Source of the DNA: Candidatus Nanohaloarchaea archaeon
Lineage (GTDB): Archaea; Nanohalarchaeota; Nanosalinia; Nanosalinales; Nanosalinaceae
Length of the DNA: 64,000 bases
Direction: 5' to 3'
NCBI GenBank assembly: GCA_014297435.1
Contig: JACOQA010000001.1
Span: 1 to 64,000, forward strand
Part shown: in pieces, positions 8,834-17,273 of the stretch
Position numbering within the stretch: position 1 is the first letter of the stretch
Layout of the letters: the number at the start of each line of letters is the position of its first letter
Position numbers and translations under genes: made by a program
The notes under the pieces: model-generated
What the model was told of the DNA's origin: nothing
Databases searched by the model: none
The model's input: the letters and a program-made list of their open reading frames with translations, nothing else

Positions 8834-10000
8834 CTAAGTAGGTGTGGTGTTTTCTGTGTTATTGATTGTCTGATTCATGTCTCCGGGTGTCTCTGTCTGA
8901 TTCTCGGACATGTTTTCCTCAGGCGTCTCTGTCATGTTCTCATCAGGATTTTCTGTTGTTGTTTCTGTGGTGTTCTCCGTCTGGTTCATCTCTTCCTCAG
9001 GAGTAGCTGTTTGGTTGTCGGTTGTTGTCTCCTGAATTTCGAGTTCCTCTCCGGGTAGCTGGCTCCATTCTTCCTGTTTTCTCAGAACCAGTTCGGATGC
9101 TATTTCCGAAGGTTCTCCTGTAAAGGATTCAGCTTCCATGCCTGTTGCCTCTGAAATGGTCTGTCCAAAGTCTTCCGGTCCGATAGCCCAGATCTCTTCG
9201 ACCTCAACATCCTCAAGTGTCTGGGTTGCATTCTCTGGATCTACAGATACTACTGCTGCATTAGGTACGTAAGGAGCAGGTATTGAGTAGCTGAAGTTTT
9301 CTCTTGATGTAACGACCAATGTGTCGGCTCCGGCTGTTTCAGGTCTTGCGTCCTCCAGAATCTGATCAACTGAGCCTGTGTACTCCTGTGTTTCGACTCC
9401 TGTGATGTTGCCTACTTCTCCTGTAGTGAAGATGTTGGCTGTTTGAGGCTGAAGCATCTCAAGCGCTTCGTTGGTTGTGTTAGATGCGTTCTGGGTCACT
9501 AGAAGTGTTGGAGCATCATTGAAATGCACTGCACCAGCTAAGAGAGTAGGGTCATCATCAACCAAGTTGACTTCCTGGCTTCCTTCAGCCCAGAACCTCT
9601 GAGCGACCTTACTTGCGGTCTCTTCTGCGGTCTCCCCGGATACTCTCTCTACATTGTAGTTCTGTGAGAGCTGCATCTCAAGTTCGGGTGCGACTACTGC
9701 AGGACCTCCAACAATCACTATATTGGAGGGCTGGAGCTGTTCAAGGGTTCCGGAAGTTGTCTCGGGGATCTCTTCTGACTCTGTCAGAAGCACTGGTGCT
9801 CCGTACTTCTCCGCGACTTGTCCCGCTAACAGGGAGTCGTGGTAGGTCTCTGTTGTTGTCATTATTACTGTGTCTACCTGCTGTTGCTGCGCTTGGTTAT
9901 CTGGTTCAACGGTTGTGTTGTCATCCTGTGCCATTACTGTTCCTGATAGGACTAAGATAGCTGCCACCAATAATCCTAGTTCTTCTTTACTGAATCTCAT
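8834..10000 (-). CDS. Secreted cell-surface glycoprotein with cell-wall-binding-repeat-2-like domain and T/E/N-rich tail
   Basis: Signal peptide; 'APVLLT', 'IVIVGGPAVV', 'RVSGETAEETASKVA' resemble CW_binding_2. The tail carries several N-x-T/S sequons. Confidence 0.75.
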   Translation of the reverse strand: MRFSKEELGLLVAAILVLSGTVMAQDDNTTVEPDNQAQQQQVDTVIMTTTETYHDSLLAGQVAEKYGAPVLLTESEEIPETTSGTLEQLQPSNIVIVGGPAVVAPELEMQLSQNYNVERVSGETAEETASKVAQRFWAEGSQEVNLVDDDPTLLAGAVHFNDAPTLLVTQNASNTTNEALEMLQPQTANIFTTGEVGNITGVETQEYTGSVDQILEDARPETAGADTLVVTSRENFSYSIPAPYVPNAAVVSVDPENATQTLEDVEVEEIWAIGPEDFGQTISEATGMEAESFTGEPSEIASELVLRKQEEWSQLPGEELEIQETTTDNQTATPEEEMNQTENTTETTTENPDENMTETPEENMSENQTETPGDMNQTINNTENTTPT

Positions 10001-10119
10001 ACAGGTTGTAAGTCTCTTATTTTCCTTATCAAGATTCTAGTGAAGTTATCGTTATCTTTGATGGCTAAGGTTGTTCTACATACCCCACAGTTTATTATTA
10101 CGAAAATCAAGTTATCCGC

Positions 10120-10977
10120 ATGAGGAAAATCTCTGAGAAATTACTAGCCTTATTAGTGATATTGGTTTTAGCTTTGGTTTTGTTTGTGATGCCAAAAATC
10201 GGCTTTTCTTCGCCTTCAACAGATTCAGAAAGTTCAGTTTATTACAACGTAGTCGGAGGAAACTCGAACAAAACGGAATGGATTCCGGAGAAAGAATTTT
10301 CGTTTCAGAACTATTCGGCAGGAACATTTGAGGTGAATAGGCATCCGGATGAAAATGTCACTGAAAACGATATTAGAGAAGCTTGGAAGGTCTACGACAG
10401 AAGTTTTGAGGCTGCAAGAAACAATGGCTGGTTCGATTACGAAGAGGCAAGGAAAGATGGTTACCGATTGGAGAGTACTGGTTATCACTGGCTTGACTTA
10501 GATAGGAAAACCAGGACAAAGAAGGCTGTGAGTCCCGAAAATCCTCACAACCTAATCTATTATGATAATCCTAATAATGAGAGCCAGAAGATTCTTGCCG
10601 GTTTCATGTACCACAAAAGACTTGGCTCTACCGAGCATGGTCCGCAGTTTGGAGGTCCTCTCACGGTATGGCACTTCCATCCTATGAGGACAGCAGGTTA
10701 TTCTGGTTTCATTAGGAAAGTTGTCTCTATGAGAGATGATATCGCTGATACTTCAGAATATTTCGATATATTTAGTCCAGAGTTTGAAAATCTGGAGGAT
10801 TACCTAAATAAAACTCCTAGAACTGCTGAAATGATTCATGTATGGTTTATCAAACATCCTGACGGTCCTTACGCCACAGAATTCGTCGTTGATGAAGAAT
10901 ATATAGAAGAGCCGGAGAAAATGAATTATACAGAATTCCGTCAGTTCGCGCTTGAGAATTATGCGAATGAATCATAA
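10120..10977 (+). CDS. Membrane-anchored/secreted protein with His/Trp motifs (possible metal binding)
   Basis: N-terminal hydrophobic anchor; 'GGPLTVWHFH' and 'EMIHVWFIKHPDGPYA'. Confidence 0.7.
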   Translation: MRKISEKLLALLVILVLALVLFVMPKIGFSSPSTDSESSVYYNVVGGNSNKTEWIPEKEFSFQNYSAGTFEVNRHPDENVTENDIREAWKVYDRSFEAARNNGWFDYEEARKDGYRLESTGYHWLDLDRKTRTKKAVSPENPHNLIYYDNPNNESQKILAGFMYHKRLGSTEHGPQFGGPLTVWHFHPMRTAGYSGFIRKVVSMRDDIADTSEYFDIFSPEFENLEDYLNKTPRTAEMIHVWFIKHPDGPYATEFVVDEEYIEEPEKMNYTEFRQFALENYANES

Positions 10978-11000
10978 AATTAGAAGATAAATCCTATTTT

Positions 11001-11516
11001 ATGCCCTTTAATAGAGCTGAAATAAAAGCGAGAATTGATGGGGACGATCTTGTACAAAGTTACGTACATCTAGAAACACAACTACAGCCCAACGGCTTCG
11101 ACATGACTGCTGGTGAAATCCACAGATACAAGGGAAAAGGCAAGCTTGATTTCTCAAACTCTGAAAGAGAGATACCGGAAACAGAAAAAGTAGACACTGA
11201 GAAAAAGAATGAAGCAGATGAATACGGCTGGTGGGACTTAGAGCCTGGAGTCTACAAGGTTGTTATGAATGAAAAAGTTGACATACCGAAGGATGTGACG
11301 GCTTTAGCTTTTCCACGCAGCTCTTTACTTAGGATGGGCTGTACGATAGAGAACGCAGTATGGGACTCGGGCTACACAGGTACAGGAAGCTTCATGCTCG
11401 AAGTTCACAACCCTGAAGGTGTTGAAATAAAGGAGAATGCTAGAGTGAACCAACTGGTCTTCTTCGAGATGGAGGAGGCTGGAGAAGGATACTCAGGTAT
11501 CTACCACGAGGGCTGA
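11001..11516 (+). CDS. dUTPase / dCTP deaminase family protein
   Basis: 'LQPNGFDMT', 'PRSSLLRMG', 'AVWDSGYTG', 'RVNQLVF'. Confidence 0.88.
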   Translation: MPFNRAEIKARIDGDDLVQSYVHLETQLQPNGFDMTAGEIHRYKGKGKLDFSNSEREIPETEKVDTEKKNEADEYGWWDLEPGVYKVVMNEKVDIPKDVTALAFPRSSLLRMGCTIENAVWDSGYTGTGSFMLEVHNPEGVEIKENARVNQLVFFEMEEAGEGYSGIYHEG

Positions 11517-11549
11517 CTGATTTAAATTTTTTACTTGTTTATAACAAAT

Positions 11550-12584
11550 ATGGCTGAGGTCGAGTCTGATCTATCCGATTTAGAGGATTTAATCTGGGAA
11601 GGCTTCGATATAGTGGGAGATAGACACGGTCATATCAGCTATGATCCTTATTTGAGAGGTCAGGGCGAAATTCTGGATGAAAAGGAGCTTTATGAGTTTC
11701 TAAATGAGACGGCAGACTTCTACGATGAGCTTTTAGAGGTAGATTCTTCAGATCTAAGAGAGGATTTTCAAAAGCGTACTGTTTACAATCCTGATAGGAA
11801 AGAGGGATTGAAGTTAATGATGGATCCTCCAGGTCAACGAGTTGAACTTGGCGGCGAGGAGAGAAACCTTTTTCCAATGATTTACGGGGGTTTAACTGGA
11901 GCCACTATTATCGGTTCGTTTACTTTTGCGCCCTTGGCTGCATTGATAGGAGCCTCTGCCGGATATACGATGCATAAAGTGAAGAATCAAGGCGAAGATG
12001 CTATTGAAGGGGTGAGCGGTTCTTACTTTAGAGATACCGGTACTATCGGAATAAGTATGGGGGAGAAAAGAGAGTCGGATGCGTATAGGAAAGTAACATC
12101 AGAGCTTTTGCACGCTTTTCAGGATGACTTTGATTCGCCTACCTACGACCATCCAACGCTTAAGGAGGGAATGGATGTGGGAGTAAGTAACTTGGTCTGC
12201 CACCATTTCGATCAAAAAGATAAGTATGACCATATAGACTGGGGTTGGCAGAGAGATCAGCAATGGATTTACTCTCTTCTACATGCTTGGGGGAGTCTCA
12301 ACCGCCCTGAAACACCCGGTATGGATATTGGATCTTTCAGCAGTTTCTTTGAAGATGTGGGACTGAACTCTGAACATGTGAATGAGATGCTTAGGGAGTT
12401 TCAGAACCATCATCATGGTCACTCTAAAAACCTGAGTGAGTATTTTGTGGGTGCAGCAGGTTTGTTTGTTGCCGAGTCAAAATATGGGGATGATGTCTAT
12501 TCTGACGTTTTCCATGGGAATTATGATCTTCTTCCGAGCTGGGTCGAGGAATACAGCGAGTTTGTCAATGATAATGATTATTAA
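11550..12584 (+). CDS. Hypothetical membrane protein with a zincin-like motif
   Basis: Central hydrophobic hairpin, then 'SELLHAFQ...LKEG', which resembles HExxH...E with the first His replaced. Confidence 0.6.
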   Translation: MAEVESDLSDLEDLIWEGFDIVGDRHGHISYDPYLRGQGEILDEKELYEFLNETADFYDELLEVDSSDLREDFQKRTVYNPDRKEGLKLMMDPPGQRVELGGEERNLFPMIYGGLTGATIIGSFTFAPLAALIGASAGYTMHKVKNQGEDAIEGVSGSYFRDTGTIGISMGEKRESDAYRKVTSELLHAFQDDFDSPTYDHPTLKEGMDVGVSNLVCHHFDQKDKYDHIDWGWQRDQQWIYSLLHAWGSLNRPETPGMDIGSFSSFFEDVGLNSEHVNEMLREFQNHHHGHSKNLSEYFVGAAGLFVAESKYGDDVYSDVFHGNYDLLPSWVEEYSEFVNDNDY

Positions 12585-12607
12585 GAATCGGTTTTGAAAG
12601 CAGAACT

Positions 12608-12684
12608 ATTCAATGATGAGGTACTGACATCGTCTGATGCCCGACCTAAAGGGCAAATGATGACACACGAACACCTCTGAGAAT
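12608..12684 (+). ncRNA. Box C/D guide sRNA (dual guide, 2'-O-methylation)
   Basis: Terminal stem ATTC/GAAT; box C ATGATGA 12613-12619; box D' CTGA 12634-12637; internal stem TGCCC/GGGCA; box C' ATGATGA 12657-12663; box D CTGA 12677-12680. It is entirely intergenic. Confidence 0.92.
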
Positions 12685-12687
12685 GAT

Positions 12688-14163
12688 TTAACTATTTCTA
12701 AAAGAAAGAAGCTTCGAAATCGTTTCTCTAACAGTGCTGTTTAATTCGTAAAGTTTCTCTACCACAAATCCGTGATCTTTATCATTCACCACGTTCTGTT
12801 TCCAGGTTCCTTTCCTAAACCATAGGAATGCTATCAAACCGCCCAGTACGTTTGAGGCTGCAAACGCCATCCAGACACCTTCCGGTCCGAAGAGACCGGA
12901 TCCGAAGAAGGCTAAAGGTACGCGTGTAAGCCCGAGGAATGAAATTGATATGGCTGCTGCGATCAATGTCTTGCCTGAGCCTCTGAAACCTCCTGAAAAG
13001 GCTCTTATAACTCCTATAAAGCCGAAAGTAAATGAAACGTATCTTAGGAACTCTGTTCCTACATTCAGTACTTCAGGTTTATCTGCAAACACTCCTGCTA
13101 TCGGCTCGGCGAAGATAAACGTTATTGATCCTACAAGAGTCAATAGGATGAACATGAACTTTGCTGCAATATAGTTGGTTTTCTCAGCTCTTCCATATTT
13201 TTCTACTCCGACGTTTTGACCGGTCATGGTTTCAACGCCTTTACCTATGGCTATTGCAGGGAGAAATATCATCGAGAAAATCCTTATGGAGATTCCGAAT
13301 CCTGCCACTACTGCCGTCGAAAATGTTCCGACAATTGCAAGCACGAGATTTACCGATATTGATCTTCCTACGCCATCAATTGAGGCGGGAATTCCTATGC
13401 CAAGCATCTTTTTCAGGAATCCTCTATCAGGTACCATGTTCCGCCACGATATTTTTACGCCTCTTTTACCCGAAAAGAGAATTGCTATTCCTGCGAGGAA
13501 CGCCAGTCCTCTGCAGAAGATGGTTGCGTAGGCAGCGCCTTCTATACCCATCTTCGGGAAAATCCACCAGCCAAAAATTAGGAACGGATCTAGAACTATG
13601 TTTAATGCGACAGAGCCTAGCATGAGCAGCATAGGTGTTATAGTGTCGCCGTAACCTCTCATCAAAGCTATGAACATTGAGAAGCCGAAAAGGAAAACAA
13701 GTCCGAGTGTAATTACCTGCATGTAACTGCTTGCTAGAGGTACAACATCGGGTTTTGCGCCAAGAAGCTTCACTATCTCTTCTACAAGGAAAAAACCGAT
13801 TGTTCCTAAGGTGATGGCTGCTATTGATCCGAAAGTAATAGTCTGAGATGCTGCCTTGTCAACCATTTCTCTATTTTTCCTTCCTTCATACTGCGCGACC
13901 AGAACACTTCCTGCGACAGCTAGTCCAAGTCCTAACGATATGAAAAAGAAGACCAGAGGGAAACCGAATGTGATGGCTGCCAATGAGTTCTTACCTACTT
14001 CTCCGGCAAGTTGAGCCACCCAGAAAGTGTCTGCTATGTTGTAAGCAGTTCTTAACAGATTGATTATCACGATTGGAAGGGATAGGTAGAACAGGTCTTT
14101 CCAGATCGTGCCTGTAGTAAGCTCTAGATCTTCTTTGTCCTTAAACAGCTTTTGAAGTATCAC
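12688..14163 (-). CDS. MATE family efflux transporter
   Basis: About 12 TM segments; 'YNIADTFWV', 'RGYGDTITP', 'NIVLDPFLIFG..MGIEGAAYAT'. Confidence 0.93.
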   Translation of the reverse strand: MILQKLFKDKEDLELTTGTIWKDLFYLSLPIVIINLLRTAYNIADTFWVAQLAGEVGKNSLAAITFGFPLVFFFISLGLGLAVAGSVLVAQYEGRKNREMVDKAASQTITFGSIAAITLGTIGFFLVEEIVKLLGAKPDVVPLASSYMQVITLGLVFLFGFSMFIALMRGYGDTITPMLLMLGSVALNIVLDPFLIFGWWIFPKMGIEGAAYATIFCRGLAFLAGIAILFSGKRGVKISWRNMVPDRGFLKKMLGIGIPASIDGVGRSISVNLVLAIVGTFSTAVVAGFGISIRIFSMIFLPAIAIGKGVETMTGQNVGVEKYGRAEKTNYIAAKFMFILLTLVGSITFIFAEPIAGVFADKPEVLNVGTEFLRYVSFTFGFIGVIRAFSGGFRGSGKTLIAAAISISFLGLTRVPLAFFGSGLFGPEGVWMAFAASNVLGGLIAFLWFRKGTWKQNVVNDKDHGFVVEKLYELNSTVRETISKLLSFRNS

Positions 14164-14254
14164 AAAGAAAATCTTGGAACCAGTTTTTTAAGACGTCAAG
14201 TTTCCAAACTGAAAGTTATCTTTAATAACTGGCTTGGAAAAGTTTGGAACAGAG

Positions 14255-14605
14255 ATGTCGAACGAACGAGAAGAGCTTTATGTGAGAGTCGACGGATACA
14301 GAGTACTTCTACAAGACCTAGAGGCGGTAAACCAGATAATCGAAAATATCCATGAAGCCTCAGAAGTTCTCTCACAGGTAAGAGATGTCAAAGAAAAGTC
14401 AATCGATACGATCTACGAGAACATCGATCGTCTGAACGAGAAGCTTGAAGACATCGAGATGGAGATGCCGGAAGTCGATGGCGCACCAACAGTAGAGTAC
14501 GCTCCCGAAAATCATGAAGAGCCTGACCGTATTGATGACTCGGTACAGGAACTTCACTCTGAACTAGAGAATCTTCAAAGCGAGCTTAGTGACTTAGGAA
14601 ACTAG
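14255..14605 (+). CDS. Small coiled-coil hypothetical protein
   Basis: Acidic helical ORF 'EELYVRVDGYRVLLQDL'; likely ATG at 14255. Confidence 0.7.
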   Translation: MSNEREELYVRVDGYRVLLQDLEAVNQIIENIHEASEVLSQVRDVKEKSIDTIYENIDRLNEKLEDIEMEMPEVDGAPTVEYAPENHEEPDRIDDSVQELHSELENLQSELSDLGN

Positions 14606-14632
14606 AAATCGCTTCAATCGAGCCGTCCATAA

Positions 14633-14944
14633 TCATTTACTACGTTCTCTAATTCCTCTGTATAAAGCTTCTCGGTAGTATTTCCACCCTTTCTGTAATT
14701 CTGCATGTTTCATCCCCTTGAGATCTTCGAAGATCTGGTTGTTACTCTCTAAGTCGTTTGCTACGACTTCTAGAGCCTCCTCGGTCAAAGATGGGTTAAT
14801 GAAGTCTAGTTCATCCAAACCTAAGCTGCCGTCTTCTGATCTTCGTTCCAATACTTATTCTGCGTAGAGGCATCCTATTGTGTGTGCCGCTGGCTCCGAA
14901 TATAGGCTTGATAGTTCTCCGCTTCTAACTCTCACGAATATCAC
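14633..14944 (-). pseudogene. Possible gene remnant just downstream of tRNA-Leu
   Basis: The 72-aa TTG ORF (14633-14851) continues in frame up to a GTG at 14944 with a single TAA at 14855-14857 (MIFVRVRSG...GCLYAE*VLERR...). Confidence 0.35.
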
Positions 14945-14950
14945 GTTAAA

Positions 14951-15073
14951 TGCCGGGGACAAGATTTGAACTTGCGAACCCCTAAGGGAGCAGATCTTGA
15001 GTCTGCCGCTTCTAACCCTCATAGAGTCCTCCGAAAAGGGCTCTGTAGAGATTGGCCACTTAGCTACCCCGGC
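14951..15073 (-). tRNA. tRNA-Leu(CAA) with a 40-nt intron in the D-loop (position 21/22; intron 15012-15051)
   Basis: Acceptor GCCGGGG/CCCCGGC-A, anticodon arm GCAGA-CTCAAGA-TCTGC, long variable arm, T arm GCAAG-TTCAAAT-CTTGT. The D arm is interrupted by a hairpin-forming insert with a relaxed bulge-helix-bulge (GGCC/GGTT, bulges AAT and AGA). Confidence 0.9.
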
Positions 15074-15198
15074 AAATGTTTACGCTCTTTTTGTGAAAAC
15101 CAAGCTCCTTCCTGTAAGGGAAGACCTCTTGATAAACCCTGGGTCGTGAAATCTTTTGAATCCATTCTCTTATTAGACGCGAAGCTGAAAACAGTTAT

Positions 15199-15687
15199 AT
15201 GAAGTTCTCCGAACTTGTCGAAAAGACAATTTTCAAGATTATCCCATCAAAAGGAAAAAGTCAGGAACAAGGTGATAAGGTCCCGGTTTTCGAACTAGAG
15301 AATCAAGAAGGGAAAAAAGTAAGTTCGGATCAAATCGAAAATGCTTTAATTTATTTCTACCCGAAGGCAGGAACTTCAGGTTGTACAGAACAGGCGTGCG
15401 ACCTCCGTGACAACATAAAGAGGCTTGAGGAGCTAGATCTCAATGTCTACGGTATTAGTGTCAACTCTGTTGATGAACAGAAAGAGTTTCACGAAAATCA
15501 GGAGCTTAACTTCGATCTTCTTGCCGATGAAAATGGCGAGGTGGCGGAGAAGTTCGGTGTGTTGACTGAAGCAGGTGTCTCGGAGAGAACGAGTTTTCTT
15601 GTTAGAGATGGAAAGATAGAACGGATTTTCCGGAAAGTAAGTCCTTCAGAGCACGTCCAAAAAGTACTTAAGTCAATAGAGAATTAG
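15199..15687 (+). CDS. bcp: Peroxiredoxin, Bcp/PrxQ type
   Basis: 'YFYPKAGTSGCTEQAC', 'ERTSFLV'. Confidence 0.92.
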   Translation: MKFSELVEKTIFKIIPSKGKSQEQGDKVPVFELENQEGKKVSSDQIENALIYFYPKAGTSGCTEQACDLRDNIKRLEELDLNVYGISVNSVDEQKEFHENQELNFDLLADENGEVAEKFGVLTEAGVSERTSFLVRDGKIERIFRKVSPSEHVQKVLKSIEN

Positions 15688-15709
15688 TAAAGGGAGAAAG
15701 AAAGAAATT

Positions 15710-16264
15710 TTACTCGAGGAGCTCTGTCTTCCTGACTTCAAGCTCTCTGAAAGGATAGATCTTGTTGATCTCTTCTCTCAGCTCGTCCTGAAGGTTGTCG
15801 AGGAAGATGTTCTCCATCAATTCGTTGTAGCTCTGTTCGGAAGCTCTTTCCTCGATAATTTCCTTGATCGTGTTTCTTGCATCGCTGAGTGTCTGTGAGG
15901 AAGTTTTCTTGACTGTTGCCCCGACGAGCTTGATTCTTACTGTTCTGTCGTCTGCTGTCTGGAAGTCTTCGACCATGTCCATGCGGTCGCTTCTTTTCCT
16001 GATCATTCTGGAAACGAATTCTGAGCTGCATTCCATTCCGTTGATCTCGGAGAATGCTTTGTTTCCTTCGACTTCTGTGACTTTGAATTCGACGTCTACG
16101 TAGTATTTGTCTGAATCTTCTAGTAGTTCGGTTAGAGATTCTTTAACCGTTCTTCCGACGACCTGGGACTGCTTCTCTGCCGGTGTCTCCGTTACGGAGT
16201 CCTCGGTGAAGATGTCCGGGGTCTGGATCTCGTACCAGTTTTTCTGGATAACTGCCTTGGCCAT
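15710..16264 (-). CDS. rps3ae: 30S ribosomal protein S3Ae (eS1)
   Basis: 'KNWYEIQTP', 'VVGRTV', 'KIYPFRELEVRK'; conserved synteny with rps15-recJ. Confidence 0.92.
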   Translation of the reverse strand: MAKAVIQKNWYEIQTPDIFTEDSVTETPAEKQSQVVGRTVKESLTELLEDSDKYYVDVEFKVTEVEGNKAFSEINGMECSSEFVSRMIRKRSDRMDMVEDFQTADDRTVRIKLVGATVKKTSSQTLSDARNTIKEIIEERASEQSYNELMENIFLDNLQDELREEINKIYPFRELEVRKTELLE

Positions 16265-16326
16265 ACCCCGAATCACGAATCAAAACTTTATAAACGGTAG
16301 GCTGTATAGGATTGAACCGAGTTCTT

Positions 16327-17241
16327 CTAACTTTCTGACATCTTTTCAAGCATATTACTCTGGCGTTTTATGTAGCTTCTATACCTGTCTATTTCGTCCT
16401 GCTTTTCTGATTTCGAGATTCGTTGAAGACACCAAACTATGTTGAAGATATGTCTGATCTGTTTCGCGGCATCAACTTTTTCATCAAAACCTTCTTTCCG
16501 ATCTAATTTTTCTTTGTATTTTCGCCTGATCGCTTCCCTTTTCTCTTTATTAAGTTGGCTGTGCGCAAGTATTATGCCTAGATCTGAGTAAGGGTTTTGA
16601 TTGAAACCGGAGAACTCCCAATCGATAAAGAAGAAATTATTACCGGTTCTCCTTGTGCTGTTGGAAAGATCTGAGTGAGTTAGAAAAGCACTTCCCGGGG
16701 TTTCGGTTTGTAAATCTTTTTCTAGATAGTCTAGTCTATTCTTCAGAAGTTCGATCAAACCGTTGGATTCTGATAGTGACTCAACATCCTCACGTAACTC
16801 GTTGAGGTTCTCTCCAGGAGTTCTAGGCTCTTCATAATCGAGACCTTTTCTCTCGCAGTAATCCTTGTATTCGCTGAATTTCAGTCTGTTAATGCTTAGA
16901 AGTTTTTTTGTCCATTCATCTAGGTCGGGCTGATTCAGGTGACCGATTTCAACATCTTTCTGACCGACAAAAGTTATTATGTGGATTTCTCGGTCAGTAT
17001 CGTAGCTTACTGATCGAGGAACACTTTCAATCTCTTTGAATTCTAGAAATTTCAGGATATTTCTCTCGTTCTCGAGGCTTTTATCCTCTGAAATTTGTTT
17101 TTTCCTTCGCAGAACGTATTTGTTGTTTGAAGACTCGAAAATGTAGTTGTGGTTGTTATCGCCAGTCTTTTTCCTTAGAATATTACAACTGTCAAACTCG
17201 CCTTGACTTCTCAAATACTCTCTGGCAGATCTAAGATCCAT
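16327..17241 (-). CDS. Aminoglycoside phosphotransferase / choline kinase-like protein
   Basis: 'GDNNHNY', 'YVLR', Brenner-like 'THSDL', 'FIDWEFS', 'PYSDLG'. Confidence 0.8.
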   Translation of the reverse strand: MDLRSAREYLRSQGEFDSCNILRKKTGDNNHNYIFESSNNKYVLRRKKQISEDKSLENERNILKFLEFKEIESVPRSVSYDTDREIHIITFVGQKDVEIGHLNQPDLDEWTKKLLSINRLKFSEYKDYCERKGLDYEEPRTPGENLNELREDVESLSESNGLIELLKNRLDYLEKDLQTETPGSAFLTHSDLSNSTRRTGNNFFFIDWEFSGFNQNPYSDLGIILAHSQLNKEKREAIRRKYKEKLDRKEGFDEKVDAAKQIRHIFNIVWCLQRISKSEKQDEIDRYRSYIKRQSNMLEKMSES

Positions 17242-17273
17242 CCTATCAATAACAACTTGTTATTCCCTTTTAA

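Noticed and set aside
8834-9060. Short imperfect repeats in the surface-protein tail as a CRISPR or VNTR array
   Set aside because: They are in-frame low-complexity T/E/N/P coding repeats with no constant repeat-spacer structure.
14966-15202. 78-aa plus-strand ORF
   Set aside because: It lies antisense over the intron-containing tRNA-Leu and has no protein-like features.
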